Shown here piece by piece: positions 43,107 through 57,500 of a stretch of 64,000 bases of DNA. The notes beneath the pieces were generated by a model. It was given only the letters and a program-made list of their open reading frames with translations, was not told where the DNA came from and ran no database searches. Source of the stretch: Tubulanus polymorphus (taxonomy: Eukaryota > Animalia > Nemertea); assembly GCF_964204645.1 (NCBI RefSeq), contig NC_134025.1:9424001-9488000 (forward strand). The letters run 5' to 3'. Numbering within the stretch: the first letter of the stretch is position 1; every line of letters begins with the position of its first letter. The translations under genes and the position numbers were made by a program.

Positions 43107-46100
43107 GCTTATATGTTTTATTATACATATTTTACAACCTTCATTGGCCATTTAGTTACTGCGTTTTGGTCAGTTGTATAGTCAGTTTATAACACTTTAT
43201 TGCACCAATTTGTCGCTATACATTTTTGCAAATTCAACTTTTATAGGGGCTTAAGCTCGGTTCCTTTGTGCTGCGATTTAAGAGAGCGTCTTCTATCTTA
43301 AACTGGTTTCATGTGAAATCTAGTGCAAACTTGCTATATTCCGCGCCTTATCATACAGGATTAATGACGTATATCCCTGGGGGGTTTTATTGCTTGAACT
43401 TAATAGATATATCAGTATTACCATCATTCTTCATCATTTTGGACAAATTAACCGTATAGAAGATGCATGCTTCATGATCTAAGCGAAACAAAAGAACTTT
43501 CGTCGTGGTCATAGAAACCGACATAATCATGCAGAGCTACTGTCAAAATGAATTTCAAGGGGTCACACCCATTTCTTGATTTGTACGTATATAGGTGTGA
43601 CAATAACTATGCGTCAGGACACCCTAACTACAGCTATATCTCTATATCTATCAGGGTGGAGTCAAGTGTGTTTGTGTCAGTTTGTACTTCACTTATGTAG
43701 ATGACTGTCGATTTGTTATGATTGTTTTTCCCTGAAATTTCTGCCTGCCTGCCTGCCTACCGTGTGTGTGTGTATCCATCGTGTGTCTGTGTGTATCCAT
43801 CGTATGGTAAGTCAAATGAATACTTTCCCTTTTCTGATTGAGAAAGAAGAAATTCATATGTATATATAAATATATATTTGTATATATAACTATTTGCATT
43901 AATACCTATCTATTTGCTTAAATCATCAGTTTCTGACGTGTCTAACAATATTTGCATTGTCAATTAGTTGATGAGAATTTTCTCTTTTCTCGCGTTGCTT
44001 ACGATATCCGCACTTATAACGTGAATGTATTTGGGAAGCGCCGTTTTCATTAAAAAGAAAAAGAAAACTCCGTTGTTCCGTTTCATGTTATATCGATACA
44101 TACATATATATTCGTGTTTCACTGTTTATCTCAAAGCATTTTTTGATGTTGCCGACAATTCCGATCGTTTCTGTTCGCAACGTTTCGTCGAACAAGTCGG
44201 TCCAACAAATCTTCATCTTTGATGTTTATGATCTTCACTGCCTTTCATCCGTTGTAGCTTCTTTAAGTGGCCGGGTTTTCAGAATGTCACTTGCTGGAAA
44301 CATTGTATTCGCATCACAAGCGCCGTCCTGAGCCGTCCTTTTCTCTCTTCCGAGGATATTAGGAAAAGATTGCGCGCTCTTCTTCTGTTAATTAATTACG
44401 TGTACAAAGTAAAGATGAAAAAGACATTTTAAAGGGCAATATTAATGTTTTGACCACGGGCTTGGACAGGATAAGTCTTCATTTTTTTTCTAAATCCTTC
44501 CATGATTTTCTTTGGCCGTAGTTTTTTTTCTTTGCTTCAAAGAAGTTAATCCAACTGCAATTTGAACTGAATAAATCTTAAATTTTATATAAAATGAAAT
44601 ACTTTTGTATTTGTAGTAGAAAAGCCACACTCTGACGTGGAAAATAGATAATAAGTTTAAAACCCACGATATACAAAATCTGAAAGATTATTGACAGATT
44701 TTCTTTATCCAAAATGAAATCAGAAGACACAACTTTTCGATTTTAATTTTGGATTAATAGAATTCGTTTTTAATCTTTTAAAATTTTGTATACAGTGGGT
44801 TTTAAGCTTTTTTATTTAATGAAAACAAAGCAAACAGATATTTTGGTTGACCAAAAATAATTATCTTCCAAAATTTCACTGATCTAAATCCGCTGACTTA
44901 GTGGTCAGTGTACTCGCAGGAAAAATTTTCTTTACAGCACAACCAGTTTTATTGCCTCAGAAATCTTTTTGTTTTACATTCTCTCAAGCAATAGCAGTAA
45001 CCGCAATGCCTAGAGTTGCCTTGTTTTGATAGTGATAATTCACGGTTGATCCTTGAAGGCCATTGACTCCCTGGTATATCCTAAGGTTTCCTCGACTGCT
45101 GTCACCAGAAACCCCTGTAATTATAAACCCTTGCCTCTCCGCCCTCTTGAAAATTGACACTTGTAGTATGGTAGGTAGAGAGCTCAGCCGCTGTGTTCAT
45201 TAGTCAGTCAATTTATGTCCGTGGCATACGATAACTATTATGTTCTTGGATTTCCATCCATGCCAGAGTGAAATTACAGATTCATAAACATGCAGAAACT
45301 GGTCAGATTGTTCAGATCTCAGATATTGTCAATATTGTTTGTTACAACTGCAAAGTTGCAAATAACAAAGTAGCAAGTAAGGTAGTAAAAGCAGAAATAG
45401 AGGGGTGGCATTCATTCATTAGTGTTACATCATGGTCACCAAGCGATGAAGTTGTAAAGCTTTTGGTGGGTGGATATAACAAATATTGTAACATTTTGGA
45501 GGACCTTGCTATCTGTCATGTTCTCATCTCATTACTTCACAAAGCAATCTATTGTTGTTGGCATTGACATCAACTTTTCTAACAGGAGCTGTTGATTTCC
45601 AGAGTGGAAGGTGTAAAATGCCAGGAGCTTGGCCGCCCCTCTAAACCCTATTGTGTAGACCATAGGCGTTTTGATGGAAAAATGAGATGGTGCTTTTTCA
45701 TTGTCTCTTTAACACTTTTTCATTGATAAATAAGTAGACCAGTTAATTTCTGCCAGATTTTATGCTTTTACCTGACACTTATGTGGTTCAGCAGGCATGA
45801 AAACAAATACAGTTGCAAACAATTTATTTCATTTCTAAGGTGGGAACGAGGTGTTAATTGATTCATCAGGCAGCAAACTAAGGAAAGACTAATCAGCAGG
45901 TAACTTTGAATGATTCAATGTATTAAGTGGATGTCACTGCCAGCTGTGCGGTGGAAGATGACACTATACTACTGCGTAAGTTCGAACAGCCTACAAAACA
46001 GTATTCCGCACGCTACGACAAGACAAGTCCAGCGTCGTTCTTCGATTTCCAACTAGCATCTAGGTGCTCTAGCTTCTCTATCTGTTTCGATCCCCCCCGG

Positions 46101-46373
46101 CGTGTCTGTTGTGTGCCAGTTGTAGTGCATCATCGTGTAGGAGGTATTCAGTTAGTCCCGTTGAACGTTCCGATTGCTGCTGCGACGTTGGTGGTGGCTG
46201 CGGCGTTAATACAGCGTCGCTGTCGCGTTTTGTATCTACCTGTCATCGTCGTTATTGTCATCGTAGCTATCATCATCATCATTGTACGTGTGTGTTCAGG
46301 CGATAATTGTACATATACACATGAAAGAATGACAGCTGATTATCTAGTGGCCTGAGAGAAAGATAGCGCTGCG

Positions 46374-46376
<3 letters not shown>

Positions 46377-46433
<57 letters not shown>
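46377..46433. repeat. (GA)n microsatellite upstream of the CELF proximal first exon
   Basis: Direct observation. Confidence 0.97.
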
Positions 46434-46435
<2 letters not shown>

Positions 46436-46706
46436 AATACTACAAATATACAGCTATACTCAATCACAATCGATATAGAGAGAGAGTTTCCATTCTCATG
46501 TGCGTGTGTATTAGAGTTTTGTCGCCCGGTCAGACAGTTTGCGAACTCGTATCGCGGCAGCCTTGTTATCAACATCGTCGGTTTTCACGCGAAAACTATT
46601 AGGTTTAAATTCGGGAGACGATCTCGGGATTCTAAACGTATTGAACACATTGTGTGAACGTTGCAATCGCTGTTCTGGATTTTTCACATTTTCGATTTTT
46701 GATATA

Positions 46707-46735
46707 ATGATGATGAATCATCTGGGAGCCACTAG
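46707..46735 (+). CDS. CELF1: Probable coding part of a CELF alternative first exon (MMMNHLGAT-S)
   Basis: ATG ATG ATG AAT CAT CTG GGA GCC ACT AG|gtaagg. The phase-2 donor joins in frame to exon 51582 (AG+T = Ser, then [14 protein letters not shown]). Preceded by a (GA)n tract and a UTR-like segment. Confidence 0.6.
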
Positions 46736-46983
46736 GTAAGGTATATGTGTGCACATTTATGTCATGATCAATTGTGTCGATTTGATCAGAAAACAGCATG
46801 AACTTTCAATAACTGTACAATTGATATGTATGAAATTACATCATTTCCCGAAGTATCCTTAGTTTTGACAATGATCTTGTTAATTCTTGACATTTTTTGT
46901 TGTACAATGTAGTTTAGATTTACCAAAATAATTCCGAACTGAAGAAGTCTCCTTTCAGTTGATTGTTGAGTTCAGAACTTCTG

Positions 46984-47092
46984 GGGCCGGTTTTTTAGAC
47001 TGGTATAACCTTTAACCCGCAGGTTAACTCAATTTGTTTTCAATTAAGTTAGCCCCTGGGTTATAGGTAAAACCCGTCTATAAAACCAACCC
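46984..47092. mobile_element. Palindromic MITE family B, diverged copy
   Basis: ctg|gggccggttttttagactgg...gtctataaaaccaaccc; homologous to 11945-12054. Confidence 0.8.
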
Positions 47093-50000
47093 CGGAATTT
47101 TATTTCGTATTTTCAGCTTTTCTGTATATATGGTCGGTCATGTCTAGTCCGGCTATCTCATTGTATACATCAATCTTTCAATTGGTCACTTGATAAAATA
47201 TGTTATGAATAATAGATACATTATTCATTGTAATCCATTGTACCTGAGTGTACTGCAGCCCTCACCGGTTCACTAATTAGGTTGGTAATGAGCGCAATTA
47301 AAATGTGCATATACAGTTACAAGCAGATTATTTGCTACTCATATTTTTGAGTTTCAATAAATGATTTCAGCGAGAATTTTATAGCGCGCAATCGATACTC
47401 GGATCCATCTGATCGTTAGAACCGTTTTCCAAATCTCGCATTTGAATCTAAGTAGCGTATGATGGTGTATTTAATGTATCAATGAAATTAGCGAATTCAT
47501 TTACCACTTGGATATCATTGACACATATGCTGGCGCTGCAATGGTTTTAGTTCTAGGTTAACTAACCTCTTTCCTTCAGATAACAAAAGCAAAAGTGTAA
47601 AATCGTCGTTTGTATAACGAAATGATGAAATATGGATATGCAGATACGCCGGAGTCCGAGGAGTAGCACTTTTCATTATCGGGACTATATCTTTCAACTC
47701 GTTATGATTAGAATAAACGTAGCCATTAGGAATTCTAGTCGGATCAAATTTTGACGATTCAATCCTCCGTGATTACGACGTCGTTCAATACTTGTCTTCA
47801 TATTTCGATGGTTTGTCAGTCGACTGACATCCGAGATACAGCGCTGCGCTGCTCGGATTAGTGGCCGAGATGGCCACTAAATCTCGTCCCGATAACCCTT
47901 GCACGCCTACGGGGATCATGAAAAATTAACAACGAAATTCCGCGCTGATTACAACCTGTCTAACCAATGATCATAGTTATTTCCAGCTATCCAGCGCTTA
48001 TAAAACAAACGAGATTCATTTTTGCTATAGTCATAAATAACAGTACAGTAACTATAAATATAAATTCCTAATAACCAATTTCTATATCATGTCTTAAGAC
48101 AATATTTAGTTAACTTATCAGTTATTGTCCTTCCAAAGTTTATTATGTATGTCTTGGCTTGGTCGTTCAGTTTCATTAAGGTCGACTGCATGTATTCATC
48201 GGATGATGTGGTGATTTTAATAAGAAGTACAAAACGTTTGTTGAAAATGTCCCGATATATGGACAGTGATATTTTTATGACGATGATGATGATGATGCAA
48301 TCAAGATCTTACGTGATGTCGGCCGAGCCCCCGGATCACTTTGGGGGATGTATAGATTATACTTGCTTCATGCCTCACCGATCCTTAGAGATTGTCGATG
48401 ATGCGACTACTTATTTGATTCCGTTTCTGAGAGGTCATCGCCGCGCTATCCGCGGAATAAAACATCACCAGGAATTGTGTACCGTCATTAATGTTTCACC
48501 ATCAGCATTTCCTGTGTCGACAAGTTCCCCAGTTGGCGCCTTGTCTTCGAACCGGAATCGCATACAAATCTCGAGCAATTTGGTCGTCGGCAAAAAAAAA
48601 AAAATGTTGATCTAAAAAAATGCGCGCAGACAGAGCTATCGCATGGTACTGTTTTAGAAAATGTGATTCAGAGCTTCTACCGTTTTGAAGAAAATTGGCA
48701 AAATGTTTGATTGATCATCGAGATCTCAGAATTATGCATATTTTGAATTTTAGACTAATTACTAATGGATCAGGATTTCTGATAGACTGTCATTATGGTA
48801 AACCAACTGATTGATACGTACGTAACAATTTGGGGTTTTTAAAAGACTAAACCACCAGAAGTTTCTCCTCAATGAGACGATTAGATACACAATATCCGTG
48901 TAAGATGAAAAAAGAGGGAAATCCCACTATAAATTCAAATGTGATTCAGTACGCCTGATGATGGCTAATTAGTATTTAGCCGAAAATTTGCACGAAATAT
49001 ACATCTTATTCACCTCAGAACTTTTCATTTTTGGCGGAATTTATAGCGGGATTTCTCCAATGTTAGCTTATAGCTGCATCGTGATGATCATGGTAGCGAT
49101 TTGCCTACTAGGTCGATATACTTCTTATATTTCCTCGTCGTTGAACTGCTTTCGTTCAAGCGCTTCTTACAAAAACGGGAATTCTCAGAAAGTGCAATAG
49201 TACCGCTACAAAAATGGGCGCCGTATCGCCGGGCGATGTCATAATTAAGGAAAACGTGATGAAAGAATAATGTTGAATCGTGTCGCCGTAGAAAAAAAGA
49301 CTTAGAGAGAGAGAAAGGCACAAAACTCGCTTTTCGACATCGATTTTGATAACGTTGTGTCTCTCTCGACAAATAAGTCATTTGTGCGACTTCGCATTCG
49401 TAATCAAGAGAACCGTATACGCAATTTAGCGAAGACTTATTAGTTCTTACATCGGCAGTCAGTCGCGATCGTGACAACTCTACGAAACTACGTGAAAGGT
49501 TTCGCTGATGTTAAAAGTCGCTTCGTTTTTTTTAGCGTTTCCCCGGCGCAGCTATAAAGGAACGGCGCGCTGAGCTTTTGAAATTTCGTTCGCGAGATTC
49601 GCTTCGTGATTTCTTTTTTCTCGACGGTTTTAAACGGTGTAAAAAGGGCAAGGGTTCATTCAGTGTCGCCTTTGTAATCTCGCTTTTTTTTGCCTGTGGT
49701 ATTTCGCGATATTGCTATTTCCGTATAAACGTATCGATATAATACTAACGCGTCCGTATTTTAAGGATCTAATATTAGACGCGGCGACTCAATGCCTTAA
49801 TGCGAATCGAGCACTTAATTTGCGTAGTGACAAATCTCTCGCTATTAATTTAATAGAATCTAACTACGAGTGGCACTCCGACACTGTTAACGGACGCGGC
49901 GATGGCGCAGTGAGATTTTCTCATCCTTGGCCTCCGAGCCGTCCGTACTGTAACAATATGTATTGATTTGATACGTTAGCGACGCGCGCACGATCGATAA

Positions 50001-51581
50001 TCAGTTTTAATTCATTGATCGATCCCTTCGGACTGATAGTATTAAGTTCATGCCATATAAGCTATATCTATTATGCGTATTTATATGTACATGATAATGG
50101 ATGGGGTGCACAGAGGATTCCCATTGTCGTTGCTAGGGAAAGCGTACGCACGTAAATATTTGCATCTCGCTGATATTTGATTTAAGTTAGTATCTTAGGT
50201 TCATCCATCAATTTCAAGATGATGTTCATTCGGCTTCGTCTTATACTTATTCAATCATCAGGTTCAAGAACGTTTTTTTTTTTTTTTTAATGCCATAAAA
50301 ACCGTTACAATAATGTTTATATGCATTGGTACCTAGTATGAGTTATTTATGAGGATCTGTGTCAGTCGTTTTGCACTACGTCGTCGATATTAGCATTAAA
50401 AATAACAATCTCCTGATGAATATTGGTGTTTATTTTTGATCGAATATATTTCGTAACTCATATTCTATATTTGATGGATTTCAATAATTATTTTTTCGAG
50501 GATGTTGTGCGCTTCTTCATCGATACATCGGGGCTAGACTGTGTGTCAATCCAATATTCGACATATTCAAATCCAAAGTAACTTTATTGATCCTGGATAT
50601 TATATGGTTCATATTATATAATTTATCGTCGACAATATTATATATACATTTAGATATCAAAAATTAATAAAGACTAGTTTTTATGAATTTTTGGCGATAT
50701 ACGGTATGCGTTATTTTTTACGAGGAATCAATAAACTTTCGAGTTCGTTTTCCCGTTCAAGTTCGTTGCGTGAGAGAATGATGACGTAGTTTGCCGCTTC
50801 GCTCTGAAACGACGAAACGTGACAAAACTCATATTAAATCAACTGTTCGGAGAGCAGGAGAGCGCCGCTGGTTCGTTTGATGATAAATGCATTGCCTACT
50901 TTTAAATTTGAACTGATTTATGAGCTCGCGGGCAAAGATGTAAATTCGTCTGCCGCAGCCGTCATCATCGCGCGATTTATATCCCGTTTCAAATTCGCGG
51001 TGAATCTCGTAGCACGGTTGATAAATTTTTCGAAGGTTGTTTCCGTGTATCGGTGCGATTTATCTTGCTCGTAACTGTGATCAGTCTTTTGCAAACCGTA
51101 TAAAACGTAAACAGGTGCCGGGACCCGGAGCTGCTAACTAATTTGTGACTATTTCGTCCCGAAAAATACTGATTTCATTTGTTAAACACTCATACAGAAA
51201 TGTTCGAGATGTTACTGATGGTCGTAACTTAGCTGATAATTTGAACATTTTCTATCATATCTCAATGAAATGTTACTGAAAAAATTTGACTTGTTGCTGA
51301 TAGTGCTTAGCAGAGGTTCTGCAGCCCTGGATTGTATGATAAAAACCCGTTATATGCATATACGAAGATTAAAGATTAAAAACCTAATTCATCATAGAAA
51401 ATCAAAACTTGTGAAGACATGACATTCTGGACTCTACCTGAGATCATCACCGGGTGTTCTACAGGAAATTTGTTATTAATCCTAACTTTGTATGTAGTGG
51501 ATTTCGATCACATTATCCACTGCATCTAGTCTGGTTATCATTGCGTATTATTGACCTTTTTTGCCATTTCTTATTTTTCAG

Positions 51582-54500
51582 TAATAATAACAACAACAAT
51601 AATAAAACAGTGTTCAACGCGATGAGTACTTCATTGGATAAACGCGAGCCAGATTCGGACACCATTAAAATGTTCGTCGGACAAATACCGAGGTCGATGG
51701 ACGAGAACGACCTGCGAAAAATGTTCGAGGATTATGGCCAAGTTTACCAACTGACCGTGTTACGGGATAAAGCCACCGGTCAGAGTAAAGGTAGGTCCGA
51801 TTTCTAATCCGTCACCGGGCGGCTACGATTTCACAGCCTGAAATTCATGTACTTATCGAAAATTGATCGCATCGGAAGTAAGCCTGTCTGTTTTCAAGAA
51901 TCCTGCCACTGATTTTGATACTTCGCAAAATCGATTCTTTTCATTTATATAAAACTCCATCAGGGAAACGGAATAGAGATTTAGTGATGAAAGCAGTCTT
52001 AAATCTATATTTGTTTTTTTTTCTTATTTCCATTTCATGTCCAGATTTTAGCGTAGCGTCTCTGTATTGATTTTTGATATCCTCAAAGTGACTGCCTCTG
52101 ATCGCAACCCTATGTTTATCCCATGTATGAAGATCCATTAACTCTTGTTGTCCGTTGTCTGTTGAGTGAAGGATCACATTCTGCCTTGGTCAATCAATGT
52201 CAGGCCGATAGCTGTTGGCATTAATGCGGTTTTGCTGCAAACAACATTATTCTTTCTTTTCCCCAGATATCCGAAGATTTGTATTTCGTGCATGAAACTA
52301 GATAGCAATACGATAGCGCATCTTAAAAGCATTTGTCGCGGATTTTGTATTTACACAACGAAGGACACCTTTCTTTCTGAGTCGAATATCCTCTCTCCTC
52401 GCTTCTAGTTTATCCGTCTTTCCATCGTCATTATCCAGGGTCACTTACGTCGTTATATCTTGCGACTCTTTTTTCGACGGTATTTTATTTGCCAAAAAGC
52501 TTTTGGTAGTGCCAGAACTTCTGATCACACACAAAGTAGGCGCATATAACCGGAAGAAGCATCTTTACCCCAAACATTATGCCTCGTCCGTCGTAAATTT
52601 TGCTAACTATCAAAGACTTTCCCTACGAAATCATAAAGAACTGTAATGGTTTGCTGCTGGCTGTATATCTAGTGTATGTACCATATGTGATTATTTCCTG
52701 ATGCGAGGAATTTTCTATTGGCGTCTCCATTTTTGTGTGTTTGCATGTTGATGGGATCTCTACGTCGATGGTTGACAGAGGGAACTGGTATGCTGATCTG
52801 GCTGATTTCCGGTTAAGTCATCAAGAATGCCAAATGATTTGCTCGGCGGCCAGGTTGGCGTGCTTTAATTGTACGCTGGCAGAAATCAGGAAATGGTGTC
52901 TAATGGGATTTCTGCCACGGTACACATGTTTCTGCATCCAATCTTGTCCGGTGCTGGCAACAGAGAGCAAAGTTCAGTTTGTCGTAGTGTTTTGTAAACG
53001 GTATTGACATAAATCGCGCTGCGGCCCTTATTTGTTCCACGGTATCGAAACAGATGAGATTCATTGCCGCGATCAGCAAACATTTCAGCGCTCGGCAATG
53101 GTCGATTTTATTGATTGTCCACTTAAAAGTCTGCCGTTCTAAGGAGGAATCCAGGCATTGACGTCGAATTTATTGCATCTTCATGTCTATTCCACATACC
53201 TTTTACGACTTCGTCGTCGCATTGTCAGATTTCTGTGTGTACTGCAGGAAGTGATAAGATTTCTTTTAAAAAACCGTCTCCATAATTTCAGAAATGTACA
53301 TTATTAGCGGCGATCACATGGAGACGATTTCGCCCGGAACATATTGGCACGGATCAGGCCGGATTTCGCCCGTGCCTAATTTGAAAGGGCATTCACGGGT
53401 AAACGACTCACTCGATACCAAATAATGCTAAAAAAAGCGAAGTGAGTCACTTTCCGAACCAATTCAAACGCGATAATTTGACCCGTACTAAAATTTGGCT
53501 CGGGCCTGGTGTGATATTTTTGGTTGGGCCAAATGTGGCATGGGCCCATTTGGCACCCATGTGAACTGTTGTTCGGCACAAATTTAGCTCGGCTAAAAAG
53601 GCTTGTATGATCCTGGCTAATATTCCATTGTAGAATTATGTAGTAAATCTTATAAACCATAATCATTTTCCCTTAAAACAGCGGTATGAAGGTCATTTAA
53701 GATAGCATGTCTTCAGCATTTACATTAAGTCCTTAGATCGTTCTATTAATGCGAGTCACTTATGTTTAATTCATGTTTTACTTATATTGCCGATAAGCCT
53801 GTCTTGTTAGGATCAGGTAATGGTATTAGGCAGTTCGGTACTGCGGGATGACAAACTAGCATTATGTCATGTCCAACTTCCTGCGTTAATGGATGGTAAT
53901 GATGAACTGAGGGCAGCTGTTAATTCGCTCGCCGTTTCTCTCATCTTGGCTCCTCACTCACTTTACTGGCTGTTTCATTGAGATGCGCTCATTATCTCTG
54001 TAGTTGAGAGGTTCCATCGCAATCAAGCTACCTTAACCCTAATTCCGGGACCAAATTCTCGTCAGTCAAGGCTCAGTGCAATAAAGTCTTCATTTATCAC
54101 AATTGTTTATTCGACGGACGCGTCGTACCTGGTCTGGAACAATCATTCGAGGACGTGTCGCTTCGCCGTTGACCGAGACCTTCCTGCCAATGGGTGATCA
54201 TGACTCAGTATTAATTAAAAGATCAGGTGGGCGAGAACCAGATTACGGTATGGACTACGGTAGGAGTGGTCAAGCTCTACTCGAGTTATGACGCCGTGGT
54301 ACGTGCGGGATAGGCGAACAACCAATATTCTTATTTGATCAGATTAAAGATTTACAATTCGAATTGGAATCCGATCGCGTTCGTTCGACGCGTACGCTGT
54401 CAATGTCTCAGCGGGTTTTTCATCGCTACGATGAGCAATACTAATTAATGTTTGCATTATTTCATGCCAAGTTTTATCCGTTTAATTACGAGATAGCAGC

Positions 54501-57500
54501 GTGGCATCGATTGCGTACGATTGCATACAAAAACACAAATCGTGGTCTATGTGTTCATTGATGGATGTAAACTCGGTTGAACTGGAAGGATTTCGTTTTC
54601 ATTGAACTCCTGTGTTTCGCAGAAGACGGACACGTGTCCGCAGATAGATTACTGACTCCGACGTTGACTAGTCCACCGCATAACGACCATCCGTCTCTTC
54701 CAGTAAAACGATTTGAAGTCTATATTTCGAAAAAAGTGTCCAGTTGGAAAAGTGATCTCCGCAGTTGAAGGGGAAATCGATATACGCCTTGCATCTGAAC
54801 GTCGCCGCGGTTAGCCGCATTGCCATGAAATATTGAAATTCAGAGCGATGAAGAACTGAAAGGAATTAGTACGATTGAATATTCATGACCATATTACGTA
54901 TATTTACGGAAGATTCAGCTTATCAAACACATCTGTTATTCAAATTGATTAGTCTCTGAAGCTCATCCCTACATACCAGCTATCCAGACATATAGTTCTT
55001 GTTTCTGGTGGTTTTGGATTGAGGGGACGTGTTTTTTTTTTGTTTTTTTTTTTTAGCTCGTGTTAACGTATGTTATCTCTCTTTTTTCTTCTTCTTTGCA
55101 GGTTGTTGTTTTGTTACGTTTTACACAAGAGATGCTGCAATGAACGCGCAGCGCGATTTACATAATCTAAAAACATTAGCTGGGGTAAGTGTACGAAATT
55201 CCGTGCTGTAGAATTCTTTTTTTTGTAATCAAGATAAAGCGCGATATGTGAAATGGTAAGAAGTTAAAAGCCTGATTGGGTCCTGATTGGATGGGGTCCA
55301 TTCTATAGAGATTTGATGATAATAATAATTTTATTTCCACAACATGTCATAAAAAGATATACGAGAATATACAAATATGAAATATTTTAATATAATATTG
55401 AAATATACTTTACGAATGCTTGCACTCCACCCAGCAATTGAGTACTTCCATTTTCATGTCCTTTTCGAATTCGATATAGACCGACTATTATTATCAACAA
55501 TGATGTTATTTTTTCCGATGGCCTGTGTAAAAAATGCCCTGCATTAACGAAATGATTTTGTTGGAAAAGTGTACCTGATAGATATTGTCACAATAGTTGG
55601 GGAATGACCATCGCGTAACGCGATATTTTCACTATGATTCCACACGGCCTCACCATGGGTAAACTAACCTATTATTATCATCGTCATCATCATCATCATC
55701 AGCATTGCAAAGAATCATGATGAATATCGTGTATACATGGTGTGATGCTAGTAATTAAACCACACCCATTGTATATGATGTATACACCCAATACACTCTC
55801 TCGTACCAAATGCTTATAAATACTATAAAATCTATATCGACATATTTTTGAAAAGGAATCGCCTTTGATCTGAAAACGGTAGAACAGTTGAGATTGGTTC
55901 ACGAGTATTGGATATATGTTCAAAAAATATGGGAGGGGTCGTTGACTGTGTATATTCAGGTGTTTGTTACCGGAAATTTTTTTCTTGAAAAGTGCTTCGT
56001 TTTACGTTTTACTAAGTATACATGTCGTATACTGTTCTCCACTTAACAATGGTTAACGCTTAACCACCAGATAGCTGGCCTGATAGTAATAAAAACTCGT
56101 TTGAAGATAATCGTATTTTCATTTAACTTGAATGATGTAACGATAAGGAAATGACGGGGATTCCTGGGAGTCTCAGAAAGCAAGCGTGCTAGTCCAGTTG
56201 ATCAATAGATCTAGTCCATTTTGGCCAGTGTTTTTGCAGCTTGTCGTATGCGTAACAGCTAGAATTTTGGCTATATCTTTTTGGCTTGATACATTGCCCA
56301 CCTGATGGATCCCCGGTTGCCTGAAGAGGAATCCTCAACTGCCAGAGTCGTTATTAGCTTCCGACGAACACCACGTATAGGTGAAACTCTGGTCCACGAT
56401 GTTGGTCATTCATAAGTGTGTCTCATGAGATGTGATGGATTAATCAACTCGACTCGTGTTGTCAGCCAAGCGCAATGAAATCTGTAATCTACAAGTGCGC
56501 ATGAATCTATATAAACTAGTCATCAGTTCCCGAGTTCTCCATGCGAGATGTTCTAGTACAATAACCATTAGTACGAAAGGTATGGAGCCCCTTACGCCGT
56601 TCAAAGCTCGAAACTCTGATGGAATATCCGTCTGGCGACGAGATTCTTTACGCTTAAATGATTCGGCGCGTTTGATTTGGTTCGCGAATGATGTCATAAC
56701 TCGATCGTGTAATATCGATACGTAAGCCTCGTTTGAATACGTCCGCGGTTTCTACTTAACCGCGTCGTCATCGTAGTGAATCCGGTGCGTGATTCGGAAT
56801 ATTGCCTCCCAGTGAAAACATTGCCGAGAATATAATACACCAGAGCGACTGGTAATATTGAGGTCATTTGGTCGGAATGGTGGATGGGTGCATCGATATT
56901 TCAAATCTCAGAGTCAGAGTAGTAGCGAATGTGTCCGCTGTGTCAATGAATAGTCCGAGTGCTTTCGATCATTTTTCTTTAAAAACAGATCCGGAGATTG
57001 TTCAGTTCTTTCTCGTTAAAAAATGTAGACCACGCATCTGAGTCGCCATTTAATACCCACCCGTGTAGGTTTCCCTCATCTCCTGTCGACCTGTAACGTT
57101 GGATAGGTGTATGATTTATGTACGACGTTTCGGTTCTACATCCTTACCTTACACAGTTTCATTTTACTGTTGCGGGCTTATCATAAGAAACTTGCTTTGT
57201 ATCGGTGGCTTTCCTATGATATTAATAGTTTAGTATATTTTCACTGCACTCTCTTACCCTGTGCCCTGATACGACAAAGAGGAAAAAGTCTTTGCAGAGA
57301 AAAATGCGTATTTAGTTATGGAGGCAGCTATTGTTTATTCTGTAAGCTTTTGAGGATATTAGATGAAGTAAAAAAATATCCATCGCTTTATTTTATTGGA
57401 ATGCCACACCCAAAGCCCAAATCCATAGATCAGTTATTCAGACGAAATTTTGCAAAAAGTGCCCAAGTATTCTTCTTTCTATTTACTTACCAAGTGTAAT

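Noticed and set aside
45927-46575. ORFs of 142, 65 and 98 aa near 46 kb
   Set aside because: No recognisable domain. They consist of low-complexity ATC/GTC and GA repeats in a promoter-like region.
48145-48615. 156-aa ORF, the longest in the track
   Set aside because: No homology recognised, includes simple ATG repeats and a poly-A run, has no convincing splice-site framing, and lies in a CELF intron.
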